NCBI GenBank assembly: GCA_022072125.1
Contig: JAJVIH010000013.1
Coordinates: 36,204 to 100,203, forward strand
Length of the DNA: 64,000 nucleotides
Source: Myxococcota bacterium
GTDB taxonomy: Bacteria > Myxococcota > JAJVIH01
Direction of reading: 5' to 3'
The notes under the pieces were generated by a model. The model was given only the letters and a program-made list of their open reading frames with translations, ran no database searches and was not told where the DNA came from. Shown here piece by piece: positions 46,315 through 55,836 of the stretch (position 1 is the first letter of the stretch; each line of letters begins with the position of its first letter). The position numbers and the translations under genes were made by a program.

Positions 46315-49055
46315 GGCGTGATAGACCCCGCGCCCGTGGCGGGCGCTCCGCCCGCACCGGAGCTTTTGGCCGCCGCCGGTTTTTCCGGTTCGCGCGCGGC
46401 CTCGGGCCGGGGCGGTTTGCGGCGCGGTTTGAAAATTTTCACCGGGCCGCCGTCGTCCTCGGCGGCGGGCGGTTTGGGGGCCGCGGGGGGGTCCGGGGAA
46501 ACGGCGGGCGCGGAGCCGCCGCTTGGTGTTTCCGTTCCGGGACGGATGATGGTTTCACCTTCCACGCCCTGGCCGCCGTTTTCGGCGCGCGCCATTTCGC
46601 GGCGATGGCTGGCGCGAACCGTGGACAGCGCGCCAGCCGCCCGGTCGAAATCGTAATAGGGATCGTAGGCGTCCCTTTCGATGCCATGATAACGTTCGAG
46701 AAATTCATCCCGCTCCTTGAGCTTGCGCTCCAGGATCTTCGCGAAATCCGCCTGTTCGCGGATGATATAGGGCGTCAGCATGAGCAGCAGATTGGTTTTG
46801 GTTTTCTGGACCTTTTTCGAGCGGAACAGGAAGCCGATGATGGGGATATCGCCGAAAAACGGCACCTTGGTGGCCGACTCGACGCTGCGGTCGCGGATCA
46901 GGCCGCCAATGATGACCGTCTGCTGATCATCCGCCGTCACGATGCTCTTGGCGGAACGCTTGGATGTGGTGGGTCCGAGAAGCTGATTTTCACGGGCGAT
47001 TTCACTGACCTCGATTTCAATGACCAGGCGAACCTTGTTGAGGTCGCTGATCTGCGGCTTGAGCTTGAGTTTGAGGGCCACGTCCTGCCGCTGAATGGAG
47101 ACGATGGGGTTGAAGCCGCCCAATCCGCCGACGCCGCCGAGGTTGTTGGTGAAACCGGCCTGGAACGGCACGTTTTCACCCACCACGATCTCCGCCTCCT
47201 GGTTGTCGGTGGTGATGATATGGGGCGTGGACAGGACATTGACATCGCTGTTCTGGGCCAGCAGTTGCAGAATGGCGCCAAAGCTGGGAATGGCGATGCC
47301 GCCGATATTGGCGCCGGGAACATCTGGTCCGCGCACGCCGCCCAGAAAACCGACCAGACTGCCCAGCGTTCCCGGGCTCAGGGTGATCGAGTTCAGGTTG
47401 CCGAAGTTGGTGCCAAACAGCATGGGGGCGGGCTTGCCATCCACGGTGGGGGCCGCGCCGGCGTTGAACGCCACGCCGGTGTCGCGCTGGCGATCAATGC
47501 CTACTTCCATGATGACGGCCTCGACGAAGACTTCCTTGCGGGGAATGTCCAGTTGCTCAATCACCTTCACCAGCGATTTGAAATCTGATCCGGAAGCGAT
47601 CACCACCAGCGAGTTGGTGGAAGGGTCGGCGGTGACCTTGACCTCGCCTTCAAACAGGTTGCTGGCTCCCCGCTGCGGCGCCGAACCCGCGGGAGCCTGC
47701 TGGGCGGCGCGGGAGGTTCTGCCGACGATTCCCTGCGTCAGCGCGGCCAGGGTTTGGGCTATCTCCGCGGCGTCGGTGTTTTTCAGATAATAGACATGAA
47801 CCTGGCCGTCGCCTTCCAGCGGGATATCGAGCTGGTTGATCAGACGTTCCAGGTTTTTCATGGATTTGCGGTCGGCGATGATGATCAGCTTGTTGGTGCG
47901 CTCATCGGGGATGATGCGCGACACCGACACGGCGGTGGGAGACTCCCCCGACGCCGGATCGCCCGCGGTGCCGGGTTGCGGCCTGCGCGGCTGGCCGGGC
48001 TGCTGCTGCTTGAGGTTGTAGATATTCTCCAGCTTGGTGGCGATGTCCTGGGCGCTGGCGTAGCGGATATTGACGATGTTGATGGTCTCGTCGCCGCCGG
48101 CGATATCGAGTTCCTCCAGGATGCGCTGGATGCGGGCGAGTACGTCCTCGCTGTCGGTGAAGATCAGCGTGTTGGTGGGAGTGTACAGCATCACGTCGCC
48201 TTCCGGCGTGATGAGTTGCTTCACCGTGGGAAGGATGGTGTTTCCGTCAATGAACTCACAGGTGTAAATCCAGGTCACGACCTCTTCGCGATCCAGGAAG
48301 TTGCGATCCTTTCCGATGTAAAGGGGAATCGGGTAGTTCTTCTGAGCGCGCTTGTCCACGATCTTGTAGAAGTTTCCCGACTTCACCAGGCCGAGTTTGT
48401 TGACCTCGAGAATGGACAGAAAAGCGTTCCACAACTGGTCGGGCGTGATGGCGGCGTCCTTGTGCGAATAGACGGTCACCTTCGCGCGTTTCAGGCTGTC
48501 GGGAATGATGAAATGAACCTTGTTGTACTCCGCCACGGTGGCGATGACTTCCGTCAGTTCCGCCTTGTCGAGTTTGAGCACGATCTTGTTCTTGGGGTTG
48601 CCGCGCAGGGCGTCCTTGGGATCCACGCCGCCCTTGTCGCCGTCACCGGCCTTGCCGCCTTTGGGCGCTTCCGGAACGGGAGGGGGGCCATCGGAGGGGC
48701 CTTCCTGGGCGTCCGCGCCTTTCTTCGTGATGGAAGATTTCTTCGCGGCCGGCGGTGGTGAAGCGGCGGGCGCCGCCTGGGCGGCGGAAGGATGGGCGTT
48801 TCCCGATCCGCCGGGGTCTCCGCCCGGCGCTGCCGGCGGGGGATTGGCCGGCAGGAATTTCAGGGCGGGATTGATGACCGCCCCCGGTTCGGGCTTGGCC
48901 TGCAATGGCGCCTTGAGCAATTGCGGATTCACCCGCTTGAGGGTCTGGACGCGCGGTGCATCACCTTCATTGGCGGGGGTCTGGGCGAAGGCCGCCGCCG
49001 CCACGATGACGGACAGGGCCAGTATGGAAACGCGAAGGGGAGAAAGGTGAATCAC
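46311..49055 (-). CDS. gspD: Type II secretion secretin D
   Basis: Signal peptide, N-domains (DERTNKLI, ADPSTNSLV) and secretin core (VFVEAVIMEV, LSTPHI, KVPFFGDIPIIGFLFR). Confidence 0.95.
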   Translation of the reverse strand: MIHLSPLRVSILALSVIVAAAAFAQTPANEGDAPRVQTLKRVNPQLLKAPLQAKPEPGAVINPALKFLPANPPPAAPGGDPGGSGNAHPSAAQAAPAASPPPAAKKSSITKKGADAQEGPSDGPPPVPEAPKGGKAGDGDKGGVDPKDALRGNPKNKIVLKLDKAELTEVIATVAEYNKVHFIIPDSLKRAKVTVYSHKDAAITPDQLWNAFLSILEVNKLGLVKSGNFYKIVDKRAQKNYPIPLYIGKDRNFLDREEVVTWIYTCEFIDGNTILPTVKQLITPEGDVMLYTPTNTLIFTDSEDVLARIQRILEELDIAGGDETINIVNIRYASAQDIATKLENIYNLKQQQPGQPRRPQPGTAGDPASGESPTAVSVSRIIPDERTNKLIIIADRKSMKNLERLINQLDIPLEGDGQVHVYYLKNTDAAEIAQTLAALTQGIVGRTSRAAQQAPAGSAPQRGASNLFEGEVKVTADPSTNSLVVIASGSDFKSLVKVIEQLDIPRKEVFVEAVIMEVGIDRQRDTGVAFNAGAAPTVDGKPAPMLFGTNFGNLNSITLSPGTLGSLVGFLGGVRGPDVPGANIGGIAIPSFGAILQLLAQNSDVNVLSTPHIITTDNQEAEIVVGENVPFQAGFTNNLGGVGGLGGFNPIVSIQRQDVALKLKLKPQISDLNKVRLVIEIEVSEIARENQLLGPTTSKRSAKSIVTADDQQTVIIGGLIRDRSVESATKVPFFGDIPIIGFLFRSKKVQKTKTNLLLMLTPYIIREQADFAKILERKLKERDEFLERYHGIERDAYDPYYDFDRAAGALSTVRASHRREMARAENGGQGVEGETIIRPGTETPSGGSAPAVSPDPPAAPKPPAAEDDGGPVKIFKPRRKPPRPEAAREPEKPAAAKSSGAGGAPATGAGSITP

Positions 49056-49067
49056 GGGACTCCCTGA

Positions 49068-50033
49068 TTACCGGATGGTGTATTTGTAGGTGGAAGGTTT
49101 GCCGTCACGCATGACATCTATGGTGACGTTGTTCATCTCGCGGAGCTTGGTGTAGATCTCCAGCGCCTTGTCGGGCGAGTTGACCTCGTAGCCATTGATT
49201 TTCTTGACGATATCGCCGCTCTGTATGCCCATTTTCGAATAGACCGATCCAGGCCGGACGCTGAAGAATTTGAATCCGGACGGCTTGCCGTTCTCGAAGC
49301 TGGGAATCACCCGGGCCTGGGTGGCGATGGAGCTGAAGTTGGTGGTGATGTCGTCAATCACCTTCTTTTCGATGGTCCAGGCATTGTCGCCGGTTTTCTG
49401 CACGCCCGCGGCGATGGGGTCTTCCGCCTGTTCCTGCACCGGCGTGGCGATTGAAGAGGTGATCACCGGAGCGGGCGGCGGCTTTTCCACGCCTTCCTTC
49501 TCCCACTCGATGCATTCGATACGGCCCGCGCGCTCGACCTTGACCCGTTCATATTCCACGGCATGGACGGTGGCTTCTTCCAGAACCTTGTCGCCTTTGC
49601 GCACCACATAGGTATCCTTGGAGCCGGAATCCACCAGGGTGGCGTAGGATAGGCGGTCGTTGCCGGGTGAGTAAATCACGCCGACCAGACTGACCCGCAA
49701 GGTGCTGTGGGTGCAGGTTCCCCCCGGGGTATCCTCCGCTGGCGCGGTACTGGCGGCCGTTCCATCGAGACCATTGGGCTCCTTGATTTCAGGCTCCGGC
49801 GCCGGAACAAAAATATTCAGGAAATTCATGGATTTGAATTTATCCAGGGCGGCGCTGGAGATATTGCTTCCCGAGGGAATCGCCAGGTTGGCGGTTTTGG
49901 GCGGCGAGGAACCGGGAATCACCCGTAACTGGGCGCCCATCCAGCCGGTCACCATACGGGCGCAAATCAGGGCCGCCAGGGTGAGCAGCACCAGTTCAAG
50001 GGTCCAAAAATAATCTTTGAGCCATTTTTCCAT
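49068..50033 (-). CDS. gspC: Type II secretion protein C (with PDZ domain)
   Basis: TM, HR domain, and PDZ GFKFFSVRPGSVYSKMGIQSGDIVKKING. Start refined to ATG 50033 because the upstream in-frame ATG lies inside the sigma-54 element. Confidence 0.9.
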   Translation of the reverse strand: MEKWLKDYFWTLELVLLTLAALICARMVTGWMGAQLRVIPGSSPPKTANLAIPSGSNISSAALDKFKSMNFLNIFVPAPEPEIKEPNGLDGTAASTAPAEDTPGGTCTHSTLRVSLVGVIYSPGNDRLSYATLVDSGSKDTYVVRKGDKVLEEATVHAVEYERVKVERAGRIECIEWEKEGVEKPPPAPVITSSIATPVQEQAEDPIAAGVQKTGDNAWTIEKKVIDDITTNFSSIATQARVIPSFENGKPSGFKFFSVRPGSVYSKMGIQSGDIVKKINGYEVNSPDKALEIYTKLREMNNVTIDVMRDGKPSTYKYTIR

Positions 50034-50063
50034 GGAAGAACTTCCAACAGGCATGCGGGGTAA

Positions 50064-50080
50064 AGCATATTCCATGCCAA
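50064..50080 (-). promoter_or_regulatory. Sigma-54 (-24/-12) promoter of the gsp operon
   Basis: TTGGCATGGAATATGCT on the - strand with exact GG-N10-GC spacing, 30 nt upstream of gspC. Confidence 0.75.
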
Positions 50081-50398
50081 ATTCCTCGCTTCGGAGCGCC
50101 CAACATCCATCATGTCTATCTGATTGTTTTATATGATCTATTTGCCTTGCGTATCAGGGCGCTCATCGTTCCTGTGGATCGCATCGAATGACAAAATGTC
50201 ATAGGCCGGGCATTGAGCAAGATTCCCCCTGATTGGGGCAGGGAAGGGGAATAGTCCATGCTTTTCCGGCGGGTGACCGTGCGGTCCCGGGTTGAGGCGC
50301 ATTTCCGGCTCCTGCGGGACCATTTGGATCGAATCATTCATTTTCCCCGGGATGTTCCGCTTTTGTCCTGCACGGGATTCCGCGCCAGCCCTTCTTTT

Positions 50399-50411
50399 CA
50401 AACCATTGATA
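50399..50411 (-). promoter_or_regulatory. IHF-binding consensus site
   Basis: TATCAATGGTTTG matches WATCAANNNNTTR in the AT-rich intergenic region. Confidence 0.45.
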
Positions 50412-50639
50412 CTTCAGGTTTTTTTGGATGCGCCCCGGAAGGCGCCGCATCCGGGCGTGGTTGTCTTCCGCTGGACCGGTCCTGCGGAAAACCGGGATGA
50501 TCCGCATTGCGAACGCGACAAAATGTCAAAACACTTGAAAACATTCTTTTTGCAAAACAATTGTGCTGAATGTGATATCCGTCAACTGACCCGTCAGTTT
50601 GCAATGATATTCAGGTGCGGCGACTATAACGTGGCATCT

Positions 50640-51911
50640 ATGCGGCGGCTGATTTACCAACTTGAGCAATGGCTCTCCAGCACTCTGAGCACCGGCGACG
50701 CGGAGGATGGCCTGCGGCCGCCCCAGCGGCTCTGGTCCAAACAGGTGGGTCTTGCGTTGCCCGCTGTTTTTTGCATGCTGGCCTGGCTGCCCTCGCTGCG
50801 TCCCGTGATAGCCGTGCCGCCATGGATATTTTCCGGATACTGGCTGTTGGCCGCCATCGCGCAGGGATTGCTGAACCGCTGGGCGATGCGCAATCACAAT
50901 GGTTGGCGGTTCGCGATTATCGGCGCTTTCCTGCTGGGGGTGTTTCACCAGGCCGCCATCAATGGCGCCATTTGGGTCAGCGGGGATCCCTTCAGCCCGC
51001 TGAGTTTGTTGGGTGTTCTGGCGATGTTTTTTCAGGCCAGCCTGATGCGGGTGAATCATCCGGCTGTGCAGGTTTCCTGGCTGGTCTGGGGTTTCGCCGC
51101 CAGCGCCGCGTTTGTGATCGGCACGGACAAACCGGTCACCTGGAGTATTTTTCCGGCTTTCGCGGCGACCATGGGCGCCATCTCCGCCGGCATGCTCGCC
51201 CGCAACCTGGAGCGCAACCGGCTGAAGCAGAAACTCTACGCCAAACTCACCCTGCGCGTGGCCCAACTGGAGCGCGATCGTTTGGGCCGGGAATTGCACG
51301 ATGGATTCGGCAGCGAACTGGTGGGCATGAAATTCAGCCTGCGGCGCGCGATCTCCCTGCTGGAACGGGACCGCAATGTTGAAAAAGCCCTGTGGATTCT
51401 CCGGCAATTGCATGATCAATCGAATAACCACCTGTCGGATTTGCGGTCGCTGATCGGCGTATTGAGGTCCGATGGCGCGTTCGCCCACGAACTTTCCGAT
51501 GAACTTCGCGAACTGGGCGAGCGGATGTTCACGCCCGCCGGGGTGGAGTTCCGCTATCATTATTTTGGCGGACAACCAGGGGAAAATATTCCGGTGGAAA
51601 CCGTGTTGACCCTGCGCATGGTGTTCCGGGAGTTTGCGGCGAACACGCTCAAACATTCCGGTTGCAGCGAGGTCACTTGCCGCTTTCATTGTTTGCCTGA
51701 GAAGATAGAGTTGTTGTGCGAGGACAATGGTGTCGGCATGGACATGAACGCCGGAGGACGGCGATCCGGGCTCGATAATATCGGTCATCGCGTCATGGAA
51801 CTGGGGGGAAACGCGTTGTTTGATTCACAACCAGGCGGAGGATTCAAATGCCAGTTGATCATTCCCTTGAAAACCATCGAAAAGCCGGGAACCATCAAAA
51901 CGGGGGCGTGA
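50640..51911 (+). CDS. Membrane sensor histidine kinase (HisKA_3, NarX/DesK type)
   Basis: Five to six TMs, ERDRLGRELHDGFG (phospho-His), E..ANTLKHS, DNGVG and SGL.NI..R. Start refined to ATG 50640. Confidence 0.9.
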   Translation: MRRLIYQLEQWLSSTLSTGDAEDGLRPPQRLWSKQVGLALPAVFCMLAWLPSLRPVIAVPPWIFSGYWLLAAIAQGLLNRWAMRNHNGWRFAIIGAFLLGVFHQAAINGAIWVSGDPFSPLSLLGVLAMFFQASLMRVNHPAVQVSWLVWGFAASAAFVIGTDKPVTWSIFPAFAATMGAISAGMLARNLERNRLKQKLYAKLTLRVAQLERDRLGRELHDGFGSELVGMKFSLRRAISLLERDRNVEKALWILRQLHDQSNNHLSDLRSLIGVLRSDGAFAHELSDELRELGERMFTPAGVEFRYHYFGGQPGENIPVETVLTLRMVFREFAANTLKHSGCSEVTCRFHCLPEKIELLCEDNGVGMDMNAGGRRSGLDNIGHRVMELGGNALFDSQPGGGFKCQLIIPLKTIEKPGTIKTGA

Positions 51912-52570
51912 TGACAAGGACCCAGGGCATACAGGTCGTGGTGGTTGAGGATGATCCGGCCCAGACTGAAACCTACTTGGAGGTGTTGGGCCGCGAACCG
52001 GATATCCGTGTGTTGGGAGCCTACCACAGCGCCATCAATTTCCTGGCCAAGGCGGAGTCATTGTTGCCCCAGGTGGTGATCATGGACCTGGGATTGCCGG
52101 GAATTGACGGCATCGAAGCCACCTGGCAACTCAAGAAAAAGCTTCCCAATACCCGGGTGATCGTGATGACCATCTTTGATGACGCCGAGCGCATCACCCA
52201 GGCCATCATGGCTGGCGCCGATGGTTACCTCATCAAAAGCCGGGACGATGAAGTGCAGACGCTGGGAGAATCGGTGCGCAACGCCCTGCGCGGCGAATCC
52301 CCCATGTCAGGCGTCGTGGCCCGCAAGGTGCTGGAGATTTTCCGGGAATCCTCGCCCAGGACTCCTGTTCCGCAGGATTCCGGCGATGGAGCGTTGACCC
52401 GCCGGGAACGGGAAATCCTGGATTTTCTTGTCAGCGGCATGACCCACAAACAGGTGGCCGAGCAACTGGATATCCGCCCCAACACGGTGCGCACGCATAT
52501 CCAGCAAATCTACAAGAAACTGCAGGTCAAAACCCGCGGTCAACTCGTCAACAAAGTCCTGCGGAGGTGA
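51911..52570 (+). CDS. NarL/LuxR-family response regulator
   Basis: Receiver VVEDD..MDLGLPGIDG..GYLIK and LuxR HTH LTRREREIL..TVRTHIQQIYKKL. Overlaps the kinase stop codon. Confidence 0.94.
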   Translation: MTRTQGIQVVVVEDDPAQTETYLEVLGREPDIRVLGAYHSAINFLAKAESLLPQVVIMDLGLPGIDGIEATWQLKKKLPNTRVIVMTIFDDAERITQAIMAGADGYLIKSRDDEVQTLGESVRNALRGESPMSGVVARKVLEIFRESSPRTPVPQDSGDGALTRREREILDFLVSGMTHKQVAEQLDIRPNTVRTHIQQIYKKLQVKTRGQLVNKVLRR

Positions 52571-52656
52571 TCCGCCTCCGGCGGCCCTTTCGGGCGCAAT
52601 GAATTGGTATCCGCCGCTTCAACCGGACTATACTCCATTCTGACTCAGGCGGATTC

Positions 52657-53193
52657 ATGTACTGGTTGCTGCTGCCAATCGCGGTCATGTTGGGCCATAT
52701 GTCGGCGCACGCCGCTCATGCGGACAAACGCGGTTTTTTATCCGCCATCGGCCGTCCGGCGCTGGTGTCCACCATTGTGCTGTCGCCCCTGTTCATGGTG
52801 GGTTATCAACTCTTCCCCTCGTGGAGCCTGGGATATGTGATGAACGTGGACGAGGGCGGAACCATATTCGCGCTCATTCTGGCCGCGGGGATTCCAGTCA
52901 TGTCCCTGGCGGGCGCCGGTATTGGCTGGGTGCTGGCCCGTTCGGGAGGACTTTCCCTGGGCGCTCTCGCGGTGGAGGGGTTGATCGCAGTGGCGGTCAT
53001 CGCCCTGGGCTCCCGTGCGGTGCTGGAAGTGGGGGAGTACTGGGAGTTTCAAAGCAATGTGACGGTCAGCGGCTTCCGCAACCCGAAATTCGTGCTTTAC
53101 TTCGTGACCGCGAATGTGCTGGTGGCTGGGTCGGTCGGCTATTTTCTGCGCCCCGTCCTCAAGGGCAAACAAACCGTTCCCCGTGCGCGTTGA
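52657..53193 (+). CDS. Hypothetical integral membrane protein
   Basis: About five hydrophobic segments; no family recognised. Confidence 0.6.
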   Translation: MYWLLLPIAVMLGHMSAHAAHADKRGFLSAIGRPALVSTIVLSPLFMVGYQLFPSWSLGYVMNVDEGGTIFALILAAGIPVMSLAGAGIGWVLARSGGLSLGALAVEGLIAVAVIALGSRAVLEVGEYWEFQSNVTVSGFRNPKFVLYFVTANVLVAGSVGYFLRPVLKGKQTVPRAR

Positions 53194-53300
53194 ATGGATG
53201 ACGCGGAGCTTCCATCCGGAAGAACGCCATAGCCAGCCTGAATCCGGGAGCGCTTGGGCGAAAGTCAACGGGAACCGGTTTCCCGCGCAAAACCCCAACC

Positions 53301-53567
53301 TTACCAGATGCTGGTCTGGATATTCGCATTGGGCTTGATCAGGACATCCACAATGGCGCGCTCGAAGAAATTGGTGCGCGCGCGCAGGCTTTCATCCACC
53401 CGCTCGTTGAAGAGATCGCGGCCTTCCTTGATTTCGTCGGCCAGGGACTCGAACAGGTTGTCCTCCTGCAAGCCCTTGACGATCTTTTCCTTATTGTAGA
53501 GCGCGAGGTCCGAAGCGATGGCCCGGGCCAGCCGGTTTGCGGCCTCGGGAGTATTGATCTTGGCCAT
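53301..53567 (-). CDS. Small conserved hypothetical protein (A.RLARAIASD..LYN family)
   Basis: Clean 88-aa helical ORF tightly coupled to the upstream ATPase gene. Resembles small myxobacterial/deltaproteobacterial proteins (from recollection, not searched). Confidence 0.75.
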   Translation of the reverse strand: MAKINTPEAANRLARAIASDLALYNKEKIVKGLQEDNLFESLADEIKEGRDLFNERVDESLRARTNFFERAIVDVLIKPNANIQTSIW

Positions 53568-53573
53568 GGGTCA

Positions 53574-55592
53574 TCAATCCTTTCCCATGGCAAAGATATT
53601 AAGGGTGCTGTTCCGTCTTGTAAATATTTTCGTTCCTTCGTCTCCGGACCCGTTCCGGAATGAGCCACCCGCGTGGCTGGTCACCACCGCCTGCTGGGAC
53701 TGCTGACTTTGCTCCTTTTCACGGAGTTGGGGCTCCCATTGGGCGACCAGTTTTTCGCTGTCCAGCCCCAATTCCCGGGCGATGCTGCGCAGATATCCCC
53801 GGCAGTAGGTGGCGGCCGGCAGGGCTTCTATGCTCCCGGATTCAATGCCCCTGATATGGTCGGCCTTGATGCGCGTGCGGACTTCCAGGTCCTGAACGCT
53901 GATGCCGCGCGCCTCGCGCAGCCGGGCCAGTTGTGGTCCGGTCCAGATGGTGTCGCTGGGAAAACCCAGTTCCTCGGCCGGCTTCAATCCGGATGGAATG
54001 GACAATGGCGGCATCGAGGGGCGGCTGCGCACCCGCTGACCGGCGATCGGATGGGCGGGCACCACGGTGGTCGGGAAAACCGCCGTTTGGGAGATGGGCC
54101 GTAACCCCGGACCCGAATCCCGCGCCGTGGCGGCAGGCTTCGCGGGAAGCGAAGACGGCGCGCTGGCGGCTTCCCGCGCGGGGGCGGCGGTCAAAGATCC
54201 GGCCCGCGCATTCACTGCCGGAATGGCTCCACCCGCGGCGCCGGAGGAATCAGCCTCCGCCTCGACAAGTTGAAAACCCAGGTCCATCTCTTCGACAATC
54301 TCCACGTCGAGAGAAATATCCTCGTCTTCTTCCGTAGCCGGAGCAGGTGCAGGTTGGATGAGGGCTTCCCGGGACTCCAGCGGCAGGCTGACGGTGGCCT
54401 CGCACCATTCCTGGTAATGGTGGCGTCCATCCGCCTTCCATTCGTTCGCCAGCCAGCCGTCATAGTGCTCGCGCCGGCGCGGGTCTTGCAGGGTCGCGGC
54501 GGCCTGGTTCAGAACAATGCGGATGCTCGACCGCTCCGCGGAGGAGCACAATCCTTCGGAAGCGGCGCTTCCGGCCGCAAGCAGGGAGTCGAGTTCCGCG
54601 CGCGCCGGGGCGATATCCTCCGCGGCGCAGTCGCGCGGGAGTCCCAGCAGATCGTAGTAATCCCGGTTGGCCCATGAACGCACCGCCGCCGTGTTTGCGC
54701 CGGCGTCCAGTTGAGCGGCCAGGTGGTGCATGGATGCCGCGATCTCCGGATCCAACGAGCAGGGTCTGCGGTTGCGCACGCCTTCCAGCACCAGTTCGCT
54801 GAAGGGGAAAAACGGCCCCGCCACCGCGGGCAATCCGTGAGCCAGGCTGAGCAGGCGCGCGATGGCGGCGGCGTATTCCGGCTCTCCGGCGCGGCGCACC
54901 ATGTTGACCACCACCGCCATGCCGAAGCCGGCCAACCCGGTTTCGTACCGGCTGGAGATGGCGGGATCGTTTTTTTCGATGCGCGCCAACACCTCGCCAA
55001 TGCCTGGGCATCCATTCGGGCCGCGGGTTTGCGCGGCGGTGTTCAGCAACCTGCGGGCGCGGGTGGAGGTTTCATGCAGCCAGCATTTGCGGACAAACGC
55101 CGCACGGGCGAACTGGTGCGCCGATTGGATGGCGGTGGGATCGGGGGTGGTCACCAGCACCCGGCTCGACGCGGCGCCGAACATATCCAGGGTATGCAGG
55201 GAGGAGCCCGCGCCCAGATCGATCACCACCACATCCGCCGGCAGGGCGCGGAGCCGCCGCAGCAGCTTCATGCGCTGCACATGCTTGAGGGAGTTGAACT
55301 CGGCGGGATCGCGGCCGGCGGCGATCAGATAAGGTTGACCGGGCGCCGCGCCCATGATCAGGCCGTGAATCGAGGCTTCGGTTTTTTCCAGCAGGTCGAG
55401 CAATCCCAGTTCGGGCTCGCGCACGCCCAGCAGCACATGCAGATCGGAACCGCCCGCGTCGCCATCCACCAGGCAGACGCTCTTGCCCGCGGCGGCGAAA
55501 GCGGCGGCGAGGTTGACCGAGACAAAGCTCTTGCCAACTCCCCCCTTGCCGCCGCCGACCGCAATCACATGCGGCGTGCGTTCGAGTTCCAT
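53574..55592 (-). CDS. FlhG/MinD-family ATPase fused to a J-like domain and a RodZ-type HTH
   Basis: Deviant Walker A GGKGGVGKS, IDLGAG, VTTPDPTA. J-like DYYDLLGL...LQDPRRREHYD. HTH LARLREARGIS...IESG...YCRGYLRS. Start refined to ATG 55592. Confidence 0.85.
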   Translation of the reverse strand: MELERTPHVIAVGGGKGGVGKSFVSVNLAAAFAAAGKSVCLVDGDAGGSDLHVLLGVREPELGLLDLLEKTEASIHGLIMGAAPGQPYLIAAGRDPAEFNSLKHVQRMKLLRRLRALPADVVVIDLGAGSSLHTLDMFGAASSRVLVTTPDPTAIQSAHQFARAAFVRKCWLHETSTRARRLLNTAAQTRGPNGCPGIGEVLARIEKNDPAISSRYETGLAGFGMAVVVNMVRRAGEPEYAAAIARLLSLAHGLPAVAGPFFPFSELVLEGVRNRRPCSLDPEIAASMHHLAAQLDAGANTAAVRSWANRDYYDLLGLPRDCAAEDIAPARAELDSLLAAGSAASEGLCSSAERSSIRIVLNQAAATLQDPRRREHYDGWLANEWKADGRHHYQEWCEATVSLPLESREALIQPAPAPATEEDEDISLDVEIVEEMDLGFQLVEAEADSSGAAGGAIPAVNARAGSLTAAPAREAASAPSSLPAKPAATARDSGPGLRPISQTAVFPTTVVPAHPIAGQRVRSRPSMPPLSIPSGLKPAEELGFPSDTIWTGPQLARLREARGISVQDLEVRTRIKADHIRGIESGSIEALPAATYCRGYLRSIARELGLDSEKLVAQWEPQLREKEQSQQSQQAVVTSHAGGSFRNGSGDEGTKIFTRRNSTLNIFAMGKD

Positions 55593-55836
55593 ATCCTTGC
55601 ATGATGCGGGCATGACTGGCTCCAGACTGCGTGGTAAACCCCGACCATCACATCGTGAATTGAAACAGAACCATGGCAACTTTTTGTATCCTTGAATAGA
55701 GGGGCTTTGATGTGTCTGACACTTTGAACAAGTTTGATGGATCACAGCCCATACCCGCCTGGAACAACGCTCCGGGGGGAATGGCGTTTATCCATTCCAG
55801 GCTGGAACGCCGGTTTCAGCGACAAGGACGTTTCAC

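Noticed and set aside
50292-50639. Upstream extension of the histidine kinase ORF
   Set aside because: It runs through AT-rich regulatory DNA. A -10 element just before ATG 50640 favours the shorter gene.
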